Positions 14,115 to 27,476 of a stretch of DNA of 64,000 bases are shown here, piece by piece. Under the pieces are notes generated by a model, which saw nothing but the letters and a program-made list of their open reading frames with translations, did not search any database and had not been told where the DNA came from. This stretch comes from Octopus vulgaris (taxonomy: Eukaryota). The position numbers and the translations under genes are program-made. Numbering within the stretch: position 1 is the stretch's first letter; each line of letters opens with the position of its first letter. Location: assembly GCA_951406725.2 (NCBI GenBank), contig OX597822.1, positions 73,346,001-73,410,000 on the forward strand. Direction: 5' to 3'.

Positions 14115-14861
14115 TATAATCTCGGTATAAAAGAAGGCATTATGTAATGTTGGCATATTATGTTATGCTTGTGCAGCATATGTCAGTGATAATGAACGGA
14201 AATTCCTACAGACCTATGGACAGTTCATTTTGTCATTTTGACAGTGTTTGGCAATAAAAAGCTAGAATTTATTTCTTGATTTTTATGGTAAAACAGGAAA
14301 TATATCCCTCGTCATTCTGTTATTTGTTAAACTCCGTCAACATAAATGCATAGATACTTGAGATATTTTCACCAGACTCCTCTCTGGGAGCTATAGAGCA
14401 TGTACTACTTTCAAATATCTCTTGGACTTGTTTGCAACATTGTCAAGAATTCCAGAACCGGACAAATTCATGAGAAATAATAAATGATTGTTTGAGTAAA
14501 ATGCACAATGGCTCGCCAGAGAACAAAGAGGTAGCTGGCTAAGACATTGCAGGACTTGCGTGTCAATACATTTTAAGTCAGAGACTAACTGACGTCCCTC
14601 ACACTCTGTCAGCAATACCATAAGGAATAAAAGCTAACGAAACCTGTGCTTAATATAAATCGTCCTTCCGTTGGACCAAAGTTAAAGCCTTCAAAATGCA
14701 CGATACCAGAATTTCGACTTGGGTCAAATATGACGTACTACTATAAATCTTTGTAAAAATACCCGCGTAAATGAGTCAGGACAGGGTGGGTTGTACTGGC
14801 ATCAAGTTGTATAAGTTATAATTATTAAGTTAAGAAAAATAATGATATTTTGCAAATCTTG

Positions 14862-14914
<53 letters not shown>

Positions 14915-15284
14915 AGAATTCCATCGGCTGGTTTATATTTTGAAATGTATTAATCGAGAAGGGGTCTTACGTAAGGGATGTATTTCCAGGTAAATATTAA
15001 GCAATGATCTGAAACATTCGTCATAAAAGCTTTCAAAACATCATTATTTGGTTTGAATCCATTATGCATACATACAAACAAATGCACACACACACACGCA
15101 CACACACACACACACACACATACGTGTGTGTGTGTATTGTAATTAAGGATGTCTAAGAGATACCACCATGCTAGATTTAGCAGCCAAAACTTGACTCTAA
15201 AGCCACAATAAATGCTCATACAGCACCAGGAGAGAAGACAAAGAGACAAAATAAAACTAACAAAAAAGAAAAAAGTATTGGATA

Positions 15285-15343
15285 ATTCCAAATCCTGGAT
15301 TTCTGACTCTGCATAAGAAATGTTTTGCCTTCATCAGTGGAAT
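15285..15343 (-). ncRNA. Minimal type I hammerhead motif, canonical core
   Basis: Minus strand: ATTCCA-CTGATGA-A-GGC...GTC-A-GAAA-TCCAGGA-TT-TGGAAT; 6-bp stem I, self-complementary stem III, AUU site. Confidence 0.7.
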
Positions 15344-16129
15344 ATACGCAAATGGAACATAAATACATACTTAAATACATACATACTACTCTTTTACTCT
15401 TTTACTTGTTTCAGTCATTTGACTGCGGCCATGCTGGAGCACCGCCTTTTTAGTCGAGCAACTCGACCCCGGGACTTATCAGGTCGCTAGTATGGTAATA
15501 AAAACCTCATAGGTAATAATTATTATTAAAATTATAATTAAGGGTATCTAAGAGATACCACCATGCTAGATATACCAGCCAAAACTTGACTCTGGCATGG
15601 AATCGGCGATTACAGTAGAGGCACGAAATAAATCAGTGGGCCTCTTACGTGCCATAAATGTTCCCAAGTAGATGGATCTGCGCTACGCTCTTTCCAGATT
15701 GTCTTAAACATGCTCTTGTGTCTCTCCTTTGACCGAGAACCAACTGCTAGTTCGCCAAAGAAGATGTGTTTGGAGAGTATGGAGTCAGGGATGCGAACTA
15801 CATTTCCACCGCAGATGGTATTTGCCTAGTAAAGTATACATATTTGACATATCAACTCTCTCGAACACTGTTTTATTGGGAAAACTTATCCTGCTACCTG
15901 ATGTTTTGAATTTTTTGCAGAAGTCATAAGTTGAAGTAGTTAAGCTTTTCGGCATGTCTGTGGTAAATTGTCCAGTGTTTCACAACCAAAATGTAGTATA
16001 GTCACCAGAACAGCTTTTTATATATCGAGTTTGACTTTTATAATCATACTAATCTTTTCTAAACCATGTGATGAGGAGTAAAAAGACAAAGCAGATTTTA
16101 CTATCGTCTCATTCACTTCATCATCAAAG

Positions 16130-16510
16130 TTAAAACTCCTTGACAGTGTGCTTCGAAGAAGTAAATCTCTTTACAACTTAAAGAAGTTGATTGATGAAAT
16201 AGGCTTAAATTAGACAGTGGTCTGGATGGATTCCCGGCAATTCTCCTAAAAATTACAAAGAAGCACTAACAAAACCACTATAGATCTTCCTCCAGCTTGT
16301 CTTTGCACGACGTAGATTTCCAAGGAAGTTGAAGAAAGGCATATGTCTTATCTATAAAGGAGAAAGTAGAACGAGTACTAAAAATTAAGGGCCTGTCTCT
16401 CTAACCTCACATGTCAGCAAAGTCATGGAATGATTTATCAGGAGGAAGCTGACCACGTTCCTAGAAGAAAATAACTTGCTCTCCGATACTCAAGATGGCC
16501 TCCGCTCTGG
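16130..16510 (+). mobile_element. CR1/L2-group LINE RT fragment (decayed)
   Basis: Translates with frameshifts to GLDGFPAILLK..KEALTKPL..IYKGESR..PVSLTSHVSKVME..FLEENNLLSDTQDGLRSG. Confidence 0.85.
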
Positions 16511-17800
16511 CTCATAATTTTTAGCATCCGTTCTGCTTTCTCCTTTATAGATAGGACATATGCCTTGGAAATCTACGACTTGCAAAGATACAGCAGTATT
16601 GTTAGTGCTTCTTTGAATTTGTTAGGAGAATTGCCGGGAATCCATCCAGCTCATTGGCTAATTTAAGCCCATTTCATCAATGGATAATATTACGTTAATT
16701 TCTAATCCGATATAATCGATAATTAGTACTGAGGTGTCGAACATCTCGGGCATATTTGCAAGTGTTCCAGCGGAGACGATGAAACACTTTTGTATTACAC
16801 ATTCACTATTTCACTTATCCTCACTTCAAACAGTGACTCTGTCTTGACTCAATCTTCGAACAGTGACCCTATCTTGACTCTGTACTGAAGCACACTCCTC
16901 TTCAAATCTATAAACGGCTTTAAGGTATGCCTTTACATTTTTGAGATCCTTGGATTCTTTTTCTTCCCTCTCCTTTACATGAGAATGTTGATTTAACTTT
17001 CAATCCCAAGCAGAACTCGTTTGAGATGGGTTTCATCACCATCCTTTTGTGGCCCATTTAAATGCTTTGAGATCTTTGTAGAATTTTCCTATTGCTGGGA
17101 ATTAAGTTTTTCTGCCGGTCCAACTTACAGCCAATGTCATGCAGGATTGTCATGAAATGTTGTAGATTTGTCAATATCCAGTGTAGAAAGGCTAACTCAC
17201 ATTTTTTCCCAAGACGCTTTTCTGAATACCTTTTCAATTATCTTTATGAAATTTCATAGGTCGGATGCTTCAAACAGACTGCAGGCCTACAGTTTTCCTC
17301 ATACCATACTTTGTAGTCTAAGAAAATCGTTGGTCTCACCATAACATTATGGATGAGTGCTGTACCTTTTGTTGGGTACATGAAAATCATGTCTGTAACA
17401 TCAAGAAGAGACTGCCTACTCTGCCTCTGCTCATGCACTGACAAACCTGAGAAAAGGCGCCCCCCTGGCCATTCGACATTTTTACCTAGAGGTTACTTAG
17501 AAGTATGTGAAGGCTGTCATTTAGGTTGGTTTATGCATCCTCCATCATTTTTTAGGCTCTCTTCAAATGAGTCCCCGTGACTTGGAGTGTCTGGTGGGCG
17601 ATATGTAGAACATATTTTCATATTGATCTGCTTAACTATCAGTGTGTCACAAACTGAATTTGCGTGCGACAGCAAGACTGCAGACGTAGCGTCTTCCTGG
17701 ATGTACATCGCAACTCCATGAATTGTTACTCTCCTATCAGGTTCGAATTACAACATACTACAGTATGTGCATTTCAGCATTTGCTGTGTCATTTGCTGTG
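16511..17800 (-). mobile_element. CR1/L2-group LINE fragment (APE endonuclease to start of RT), inverted relative to the neighbour
   Basis: ORF 17517-17708 has ICSTYRPPD, preceded by GVAMYI; 16511-16685 is the reverse complement of 16190-16392. Confidence 0.8.
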
Positions 17801-18294
17801 TTTTCTTAGTGCCATGCCATGCATACGGCTTGGTAACATGTAATTAAGTCACTCAGGGGTGTGTATATATATATATATATTATATATCATGATATATTAT
17901 ATTTTATATATATATACACACACACATATATATATATACAGACACAAATATACATGTATGTATGTACATATATACATATAGACACACATATACACATGTA
18001 TGTATACATGTATGTCCGTATATTCATATGCCTCTGTATATATGTGTGGGTGGGGTGCCGTATGTTTTTAAATATATTAAAAGAAAGAGAGTAGTGGGAG
18101 TGGTTAAGACGTAAATTTTATTGCTAACATTTCTACGCTGTTAGCATTGCATCATTTCTGAAAGTAGCACAATCTAAGAATTTTACGCTACGTGGATGGT
18201 GTTCACAACTATAAATGAATGTCAGGCCAAACTGCATCATCATGTTAGAGCAGAGAAATACCTCAACCATCGTCTCTGCGAAACTGCGATTATG

Positions 18295-18442
18295 TTCATT
18301 TCTACACTAGGCACAAGGCCCGAAATATTTGAGGAAAGGGCTGGTTGATTAGATCGACCCCAGTACGCAAAGATTAGATCGACCCCAGTACGCCGAAAGG
18401 ATAAAAGGTAAAGTCGACCTCGGCGGAATTTGAACTCAGAAA
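18295..18442 (-). mobile_element. SINE family B, tail variant 2, fragment
   Basis: Reverse complement of core and gggccttgtgcctagtgtaga tail. Confidence 0.8.
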
Positions 18443-18489
18443 TCTACGTTTGTGTTGAAGGCTTAACCGGTTTTATTATTACACGACAA

Positions 18490-18975
18490 GAAGGCGGTGA
18501 GTTGGCTGAAACGCTAGCACGCCGGGCGAAATGCCTTGCGGTATTTCGTCTGCCGTTACGTTGTGAGTTCAAATTCCGCCGAGGTCGACTTTGCCTTTCA
18601 TCCTTTCGGGGTCGATAAATTAAGTACCAGTTACGCACTGGGGTCGATATGATCGACTTAATCCGTTTGTCTGTCCTTGTTTGTCTCCTCTGTGTTTAGC
18701 CCCTTGTGGGTAGTAAAGAAATAGGTATTTCGTCTGCCGCTACGTTCTGAGTTCAAATTCCACCGAGGTCGACTTTGCCTTTCATCCTTTCGAGGTCGAT
18801 TAAATAAGTACCAGTTACGCACTAGGGTCGATATGATCGACTTAATCCGTTTGTCTCTCCTTGTTTGTCCCCTCTGTGTTTAGCCCCTTGTGGGTAGTAA
18901 AGAAATAGGTATTTTGTCTGCCGCTAAATTCTGAGTTCAAATTCCGCCGAGGTCGATTTTGCCTTTCATCCTTTC
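18490..18975 (+). mobile_element. SINE family B tandem trimer
   Basis: Head aaggcggtgagttggc, B box gagttcaaattcc, core aggtcgactttgcctttcatcctttcggggtcgata; units restart at ggtattt after aaagaaata. Confidence 0.92.
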
Positions 18976-19231
18976 TGCACATCTAATCCACACTTCAGCG
19001 TTAAGACCAGACAAATACCACATCCACCAATACGGAATACAGCAGTGAATTAGTAGTTATTAGACCAGTGAACTGTTTGTTCTGGCAATCTGCTCTTTGG
19101 GTTGCTGTTTGTTCCGCCAATCTGCTCTTTGAGTTCAGATCTTTCCGTGGCCGCCGTTCCTTTCATTACTTTGAGATTGTTAAATAATGTACCACTCAAG
19201 TATAAAACTATGTGTGTCTATTTTGCATTTG

Positions 19232-19306
<75 letters not shown>

Positions 19307-19307
<1 letters not shown>

Positions 19308-19780
19308 AAAAAGTGGGGACGATCATTAGGGATCGTGTATCACAGAAATGCAATGCAAAAAGGGAAAACTGGTTTGTCCGTGGATAGAAAAGCCTACGGA
19401 AAAGACCGCGTGAACTTTGGGCAATAGTGTCATGCAAAAAGAAAACACATTACAGTAAGTGGCTCTCTTTTTTCCTTTTTTTTTTTTTTTTTGGTTCATA
19501 AGATTATGTTCATGCTGACTCTCTCATTCACACGTGCCATCCTTGCTACATTCACCCATCTTTTTTTGAAACAGTCACTAGACAAAACTTCCCTCTCTAC
19601 TCTCACCTTCCGCTTCAAGAGATACTTGAAGAAGTTGATGAGAGATTGACCAGAGAGGAAAGTGTTTGCCTCTAGACTTTTAAGACGCGTCCACGATACA
19701 CATTCTTTCGCCATAGCCACAAGTACGATGAAAATGGCTCTTCCTTCCCGTTTCAAGGAAGGAGGCACGACAATATTCAC
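19307..19780 (-). mobile_element. Tx1/L1-clade LINE 3' fragment inside (GATA)n
   Basis: Homologous to 36712-37190; ORF with VAMAKECVSWTR; GATA arrays on both sides. Confidence 0.8.
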
Positions 19781-19818
19781 GATAGATAGATAGATAATTA
19801 GATAGCTAGCTAGCTAGC

Positions 19819-19902
<84 letters not shown>

Positions 19903-19907
<5 letters not shown>

Positions 19908-20110
19908 CAAAAATGAAAGATGGACAAGTAAAAATTTGGCGTTATTCGAGGATATTTCCTTCGTGATCAAGTACAAATGAAGTTAAAAGTATAAAACAGC
20001 TATACCATAGGTGTTTTATACTTTATACTTTATACTTCTACTTCATCATGAAGCAAACATCCTCGAATAACGCCATACGTTTTGCTTGTCCGTCTTCCAT
20101 TTTTGATCTA
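19903..20110. repeat. Imperfect palindrome, about 100-bp arms
   Basis: gatcaaaaatgaaagatggacaagtaaaa..tggcgttattcgaggat / atcctcgaataacgcca..ttttgcttgtccgtcttccatttttgatc; centre gtataaaacagctat..ataggtgttttatac. Confidence 0.85.
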
Positions 20111-20301
20111 TTTATAAGCATTGAATCAGGTACTACTTCTACCGCCTTGGGTAGGTAATTTGAACGCTTCGTTCCCATTCGCACTTCAAGCTGGAGTTTT
20201 GGTGGTAAGCCGATCTAACAGCTTGAAGTGCATACTTATTAATATATATCAATAGACATACTTATTAATATATATCAATAGACGTATACTACTTACATCA
20301 C

Positions 20302-20371
<70 letters not shown>

Positions 20372-20615
20372 GTATATATATATATAATACGTGCTCTAAA
20401 AAACCTCTCTAGACCCGTGACTCCAGAGCAAGAAACTTTGAGTAGCACGTACCTTTATACTATGTACATTAAATGATATTTATATGTATTGTATGTATGC
20501 ATCTATAAATATGTACATACATATATAAATACATATAAGTATATATACACACACACATTTATCTAGATGTATATGTATATAGATATATATATACATATAT
20601 ACGTGTGTGTATGTG

Positions 20616-20646
<31 letters not shown>

Positions 20647-22277
20647 TCGTGTGTGTGTGTAAACATATTTTGTACAAGAATTAAATGGCAGTATAAGACT
20701 TGTATAATATATCTGAAATCATGCGTGAAAAATATTGACACATAGAATGTAAAATATGACTTTCACTGTTTTTAGTGAAAGAATCAGTGGTGTATTTGTG
20801 TGCTCCGAACGAGCCATCAGTCTGCGAGAAATAGCAGTCAATTCCCCATCCCCTCAAACCACAAGCACATTGCCTTAAAACTGGAATTAATCAACATATT
20901 CAAATAATATAGTCCTAAATAGAATATTTCTGAAAATAAGATGAAATGGTACTGACTATTGATCATAGGTAAAACTATTTGAGAAGGTTAAGTCCAGAGC
21001 TAAACAACACCAGCAACTTATTCGTCGTCTTCTCTTTCTCATATTTTCTATCAATCTATCTTTTCGTCAGTTCTTAGTTTCTTCTTTAATTTTCCTGTCT
21101 TTCATCCACTTTTCTCCGTTAGTTTTTATTTTATTTTATTTCCTTATTTTCTTCAGAAATTTTCTCGTTTCTTCTTTATTTTACCTTGCACTCTCTTTCA
21201 ATCTTCGTTTTTCATCACCTTCTTTATATTTCCCTTCGCTTTTTTTTATCCCACCCTTCTCCCATCCCATCTTTACATTCCTTTTACATTTCTTTCTTTT
21301 TTCTTCCTCACATTTCTTCTCTTTATATTTCCCTCCTCTTACGCCATCCTTCTTGGCTCTCATCTTCTTCTCTATCGCACTTCGCAGTATACTATGTTAA
21401 CTTACTTAACTGTCCGAATGTCTTTCAACTCGTGCTAAATCAATTTCACTTCTATAGCTCGCCTCCCACTACCATCACAAACACCAACAAGAACAACATT
21501 TTAGGCCTAACACGGCCGCCATCTTTACGACTACCGTCACTTTCCTTTCCAAAATATCATCGTCCATATTGTTCTCTACCGCCACCACCACCTTCGGCAT
21601 CACCAGTAACATTAAACAGTGAAATAGCATTCATACTATAAACATGATCACCCTCGCCTCTGATACATCCCCGTTCGCCACACATACACACGCAAAACAC
21701 CCACAATATCATAACCCCCACCGCTACGATATCATAACCTCCACCATCAACTCTTTTACTGATGTAATCACCGCGATGACGACCGGAATCTTCTACGCCA
21801 TTGCTCAACAACACTCCTATCACAAACCAGCGAGGAAGCCTCTGTGCAAGTGCTAGAAATAGCAGCCATATCTCCCTCAAATTACACCCTTACTGTCTTA
21901 GATAAACACACATAGATGATGTTGTTCTTGGTTTCTTGTACATTGGAAAACATACGGACTGGTCGTGGCTGGAAAGTCTTTGACCATGGAGATCTATTCA
22001 ATGAGGTTTGACACTGAGAAAACAACAACAGCAACAACAAGGTTTTTAACACTGCCACTCATTATCCCACCAGCACTAGCGTCAGCACCACCACCACCAC
22101 CATCATCATCACCACCACCAACAGCATCATCAGCATCAGCAACACCATCATCACCAAGACCACCAGTTCCGACATCACCACCAAAAGGCCAACGAGTTTC
22201 AAATTTGATCGCTTGATCTTCTAGAAGTGGTAGCTACATGTCTCTGAAATCCTGCTATTTTAGAAAGGAATATATTA

Positions 22278-22458
22278 TAGGTGTGACTGTGTGCGAAGAA
22301 GCTTGCTTCCTAGCCACATGTTTCCAGGTTCGGTCCCACTGCGTGGCACCTTGGGATAATGTCCTCTACTATAGCCTCGGAGAGACCAATGCTATATAAG
22401 TGGATTTGGTAGACGGAAACTGAATGGAGCCTCATATATAGATATAGATATATAGATG

Positions 22459-22544
<86 letters not shown>

Positions 22545-22711
22545 TCTTTATTACCCACAAGGGGCTAAACATAGAGGGGACAAACAAGGACAGACAAACG
22601 GATTAAGGCGATTATATCGACCCCAGTGCTTAACTGGTACTTAATTTATCGACCCCGAAAGGATGAAAGACAAAGTCGACCTCGGCGGAATTTGAACACA
22701 GAAGGTAACGG

Positions 22712-22747
<36 letters not shown>

Positions 22748-23000
22748 GCACCTGCGCGACACACACATACACGCACACACACTTATACACATACATAGAT
22801 ATATATGTGTGTGCTTTTGTATACATCTATGAGTGTGCCTTTGTGCATGTGTTCGTCCCACACCAACGCTTAACAGCCTGTGTTGGTTTGGTTACTTCCC
22901 AATAACTTACCAGCTCGGCAAAAAAGACCGCTATAACCCTTCAAGCGGTGCCCTCAGTATGGCCTCAGTCCAATGACTGAAACAAGTAAAAGATAAAAGA
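22278..23000 (+). mobile_element. SINE family A with a SINE B (22541-22712, minus strand) nested in its internal (TA)n
   Basis: A head and body at 22278-22435, A 3' half at 22850-23000, reverse-complement B tail and core between them. Confidence 0.82.
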
Positions 23001-23271
23001 AGATATAGTCCTACATACACCTAAAATGTCGGGGTTGTCACAGCTGGCATGCTTTCATCGTATGACTTCCTGATAATGGACTGACCAGGAGTTAACGACA
23101 ACAACATCACCATCAAAATCATCATTTGTAGCACCAACGCCATCAATTCTACCCCGATTACTTCATCCATCCATATACCGTTAATAATAATTATTTTACG
23201 ATCCAGAACCAATGGTAGAAATAGCAGTTAAGCTCTCTCAAATGTTCTCTACCTTTTAAGAAAAATTTCAA

Positions 23272-23418
23272 AGCGTAGGAGTGGCTTGCTTACGAACCAC
23301 ATGGTTCCGTGTTCAGTCCCACTGCGTAGCATCTTGGGCAAGTGTTTTCTACTATAGCCTCGGGCCGACCAAAGCCTTGTGAATAGATTTGGTAGACGGA
23401 AACTCAAAGCTCATCGTA

Positions 23419-23478
<60 letters not shown>

Positions 23479-23688
23479 TGTGTCTGTGTTTGTCCACCCA
23501 ACATCGCTTGACAACCGATGCTGGTGTGTTTACGTCCTCGTAACTTAGCGGTTCGGCAAAAGAGACCGATAGAATAAGTACTAAGCTTACAAAGAATAAG
23601 TCCTGGGGTCGATTTGCTCGACTAAAAAGGCCGTGCTCTAGTATGGCCACAGTCAAATGACTGAAACAAGTAAAAGAGTAAAAGAGTA
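23272..23688 (+). mobile_element. SINE family A
   Basis: Colinear with 810-1209. Confidence 0.9.
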
Positions 23689-23962
23689 ACACATAACATA
23701 ATGTATCCTTTAGCATACAAAAATATGCGATGGTCACATTTGGAACACTTCTTCATCATAAGTTTCTCTACTCAATCAGAGTAGACCTGTGACGAAAAAC
23801 AACTGTATCATTAATAATTATTTCTACTCTAGGCAAAGGGCCTTGAAAATTTTGGAGGAAGGGGGCTAGCAGATTACATCGACCTCAAATTTCAAGCCTT
23901 CTGCCTTTAGTAAGAAGGACGTAAAGATGACACGCAAATTCGTGAAGCGTTTCATATTTTTA

Positions 23963-24104
23963 TAGGGGTAGGAGTGGCTGTGGGGTAAGTAGCTTGCTTA
24001 CGAACCACATACTTCCAGGTTCATTCCCACTGCGTGGCACCTTGGGCTAGATTTGTGAGTGGATTTGGTAGACGGAAACTGAAAGCCTGTCGTATATATG
24101 TATA

Positions 24105-24143
<39 letters not shown>

Positions 24144-24366
24144 GTGTGTCTGTGTGTGTCTGTGTGTGTGTGTGTGTGTGTGTGTATGTTTGTGTGTTTG
24201 TGTTTGTCCGCCCAACATCGCTTGACAACCGATGCTGCTGTGTTTACGTCCCCGTAACTTAGCGGTTCTGTTAAGAGACTGATAGAATAAGTACTAGGCT
24301 TACAAAGAATAAGTCCTGGAGTCGATTTGCTCGACTAAAGGCAGTGCTCCAGCATGGCCATAGTCA
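23963..24366 (+). mobile_element. SINE family A (left member of an inverted pair)
   Basis: Colinear with 810-1209. Confidence 0.9.
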
Positions 24367-24491
24367 TTTTTTGCCGAACCGCTAAGTTACGGGGACGTAA
24401 ACACACCAGCATCGGTTGTCAAGTGATGCTGGGAGACAAACACAGACACACAAACTTATACACACACGTACATATATATATATATACATAC

Positions 24492-24569
<78 letters not shown>

Positions 24570-24731
24570 GACAGGCTTCTTTCAGTTTCCGTCAACCAAA
24601 TCCACTCACAAGGCTTTGGTCGGCCCGAGGCTATAGTAGAAGACACTTGCCTAAGGTGCCATGAAGTGGGACTGAACCCGGAACCATGTGGTTTCTAAGC
24701 AAGCTACTTACCACACAGCCACTCCTACGCC
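24367..24731 (-). mobile_element. SINE family A (right member of the inverted pair, tail lost)
   Basis: Reverse-complement copy abutting the previous one. Confidence 0.9.
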
Positions 24732-24742
24732 TATTATTATTA

Positions 24743-24804
<62 letters not shown>

Positions 24805-25140
24805 TAAGCTGGCAGAATCATTAGCATGCCGGGAAAAATTCCCTTTTTTGCTGTCTTTACTTTCTGAGTTCAAATTCCGCCGCGGTTGACTTTCTCTTTT
24901 ATGCTTTCGGAGTCGAAGGCCTGAAATTTTGGCAGAGGAGGCTAGCTGATGTAATCAACTCGCGCAAAATGTCAGGCCTTGTACCCATAGTACAACGGGT
25001 TATTAACACACCGATAGCGACACACCATCCTCAGTCACTACTACATCACTGAACCGATCCTTCTACCATCACTAGCTCCGTATAGAGAAAAATGTCGTCT
25101 GATTACTACACCGTTTCATACAGCATGGTAACCCCACAGG

Positions 25141-25171
<31 letters not shown>

Positions 25172-25510
25172 CATACATACATACATACATACATACATAC
25201 ATACATACACACACACATACATACATACATACATACAGAGATACAAAGGCTCGTACTTTTAATACTCACAAAGCCATCATTGACGAACACATTTCTGCTC
25301 ACAGACGAATAAAGAGAGTCACAGAAACGCACACACACACACAAGCACGAACTTTTCGCAGCCATCTTTTAATCTGTTATAATATTTCTTGTAAACGTGG
25401 ATACAAAGAGAAAGAAAAGGAGAGTAAGAGTGAGAGACAGTATTCATGCGTGTGTATGTGCATATACATATATATATATATACAAATTACATATATATAT
25501 AGAGAGAGAT

Positions 25511-25604
<94 letters not shown>

Positions 25605-25674
25605 TTTTTACACACGCATATATACATATATATGCATTCTATATATATATATATATATATATAATTATATGATA

Positions 25675-26057
25675 TTGGCTGTGTGGTAAGAAGCTTGCTT
25701 CCTACCGCATGGCTCTGGGTTCACTCCCACTACGTGGCATCATGGGTGAGTGTTTTCTACTATAGCCTCGGGTCGACCAAAGCCTTCTGAGTAGATTTGG
25801 TACACAGAAACTGAAAGAAACCCGTCGTATGTATATATGCATGTGTGTGTGTGTGTGTGTGTGTATGTGTTTGTCCCCCACTCACCCACCGTCGCTTGAC
25901 AACCGGTATTAGTGTGTTTATGCCCACGTATATAAGTGGTTCGGCAAAAGAGACCGATAGAATAAGTACAAAGAATAAGTCTTGAGTCGATTCGTTCGAC
26001 TAAAGGCAGTGCTCCAGCATGGCCGCAATCAAATGACTGAACCGTGTGAAAGAGTAA
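25675..26057 (+). mobile_element. SINE family A
   Basis: Colinear with 810-1209. Confidence 0.87.
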
Positions 26058-26068
26058 AATAATGAAAG

Positions 26069-26133
<65 letters not shown>

Positions 26134-26156
26134 AATGTTATACGTGAAAGAAAGAG

Positions 26157-26255
<99 letters not shown>

Positions 26256-26937
26256 CTCCTGAAACCCAAAATATTCAGACATGAAAATTCACCCTGGTTT
26301 GTATGCGCACGAATGCAAGTTATATACATATGTGTATGTGTGTCTATATAAATAAACATACATAACTAGCTGGCACGCATCGTAAGTAAATACTTAAGAC
26401 ATACTGTAGGCATTAAGGAGATGAGAAGAAACGTCTTGTGACTTACTTTCATGTACACACATAAACACACACCTATACACTCACATACTTTCTTACGTAA
26501 GTAGATATTTGCACATAGACGCATTCATACACATAATTACACACACATACATACACACTCACGCATACACACACACTCACACACATACACACACACACAT
26601 GCACACGCACACATATATATACATACAGCTACTCACAGCTACACATGAAATTCCATAAAAATCAATTGCAATTTTGTAGATTCTATATATAAAAATTAAT
26701 CGAATGGACCAAACTTGTGATCAAAAGCGTTCCACCCATGACAATGCCGTCCATTCGTTCAAGCATAATATACCAAATCCCGCATTTTGAAACACGACCA
26801 TCATTTGTAAAAATGCGTGATTTGAGGAAGATTGATCGTCTATTTCTAGCAGGTTGAACAAAGGCGCGCTAGTTTAGTGTTATTGGTTCAAAAATGCTTT
26901 ATCGTATTTTGTAAGATGTTTTATTTATATTATACCT

Positions 26938-27125
26938 AAGGCAGAATCCTGGCAGAATCGTTTGCAAGCCGGCCAAAATGCTTAGCTGTATTTCATCTGT
27001 CTCTATGTTTTGAGGTCAAACTCGGCTGAAGTCGACGACTTTGTCTTTCATTTTTTCGGGGTCGATAAAATAAGTATCAGTTGAATGCTCCCCCGCAATT
27101 GCTGTCCTTGTGCCAAAATTTGAAT
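26938..27125 (+). mobile_element. SINE family B, diverged, tail variant 2
   Basis: ggcagaatcgtt..gaagtcgac..tttcggggtcgataaaataagt..ccttgtgccaaaatttgaa. Confidence 0.75.
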
Positions 27126-27427
27126 ACACAGGTCTGTGTATAGCATAATGTGACGTGTTGACTGATATGAATGTTGTCTGTTCCATATTATGATATATTA
27201 TTGACTTGGTACCTATAAGTTGTTTTATGATAATAGAGGAGGTTTATCAGTTTCCATACTGACAATGAAATACAAACATATATACATATGTACATAAAGA
27301 TTTACTTTTTGTATAAGTTTTTACCGATAATGGTTTATTTTTCCATACCGAAGCTACTTGGTAAAATTTATCAATTATTAAATTAATAATTCTTTACCCT
27401 ATATCTATAATGAGAATACATATGTAC

Positions 27428-27476
<49 letters not shown>

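Noticed and set aside
21186-22216. Pro/Thr/Ser-rich ORFs
   Set aside because: Degenerate CAC/CAT and pyrimidine low-complexity DNA with no domain or splice support
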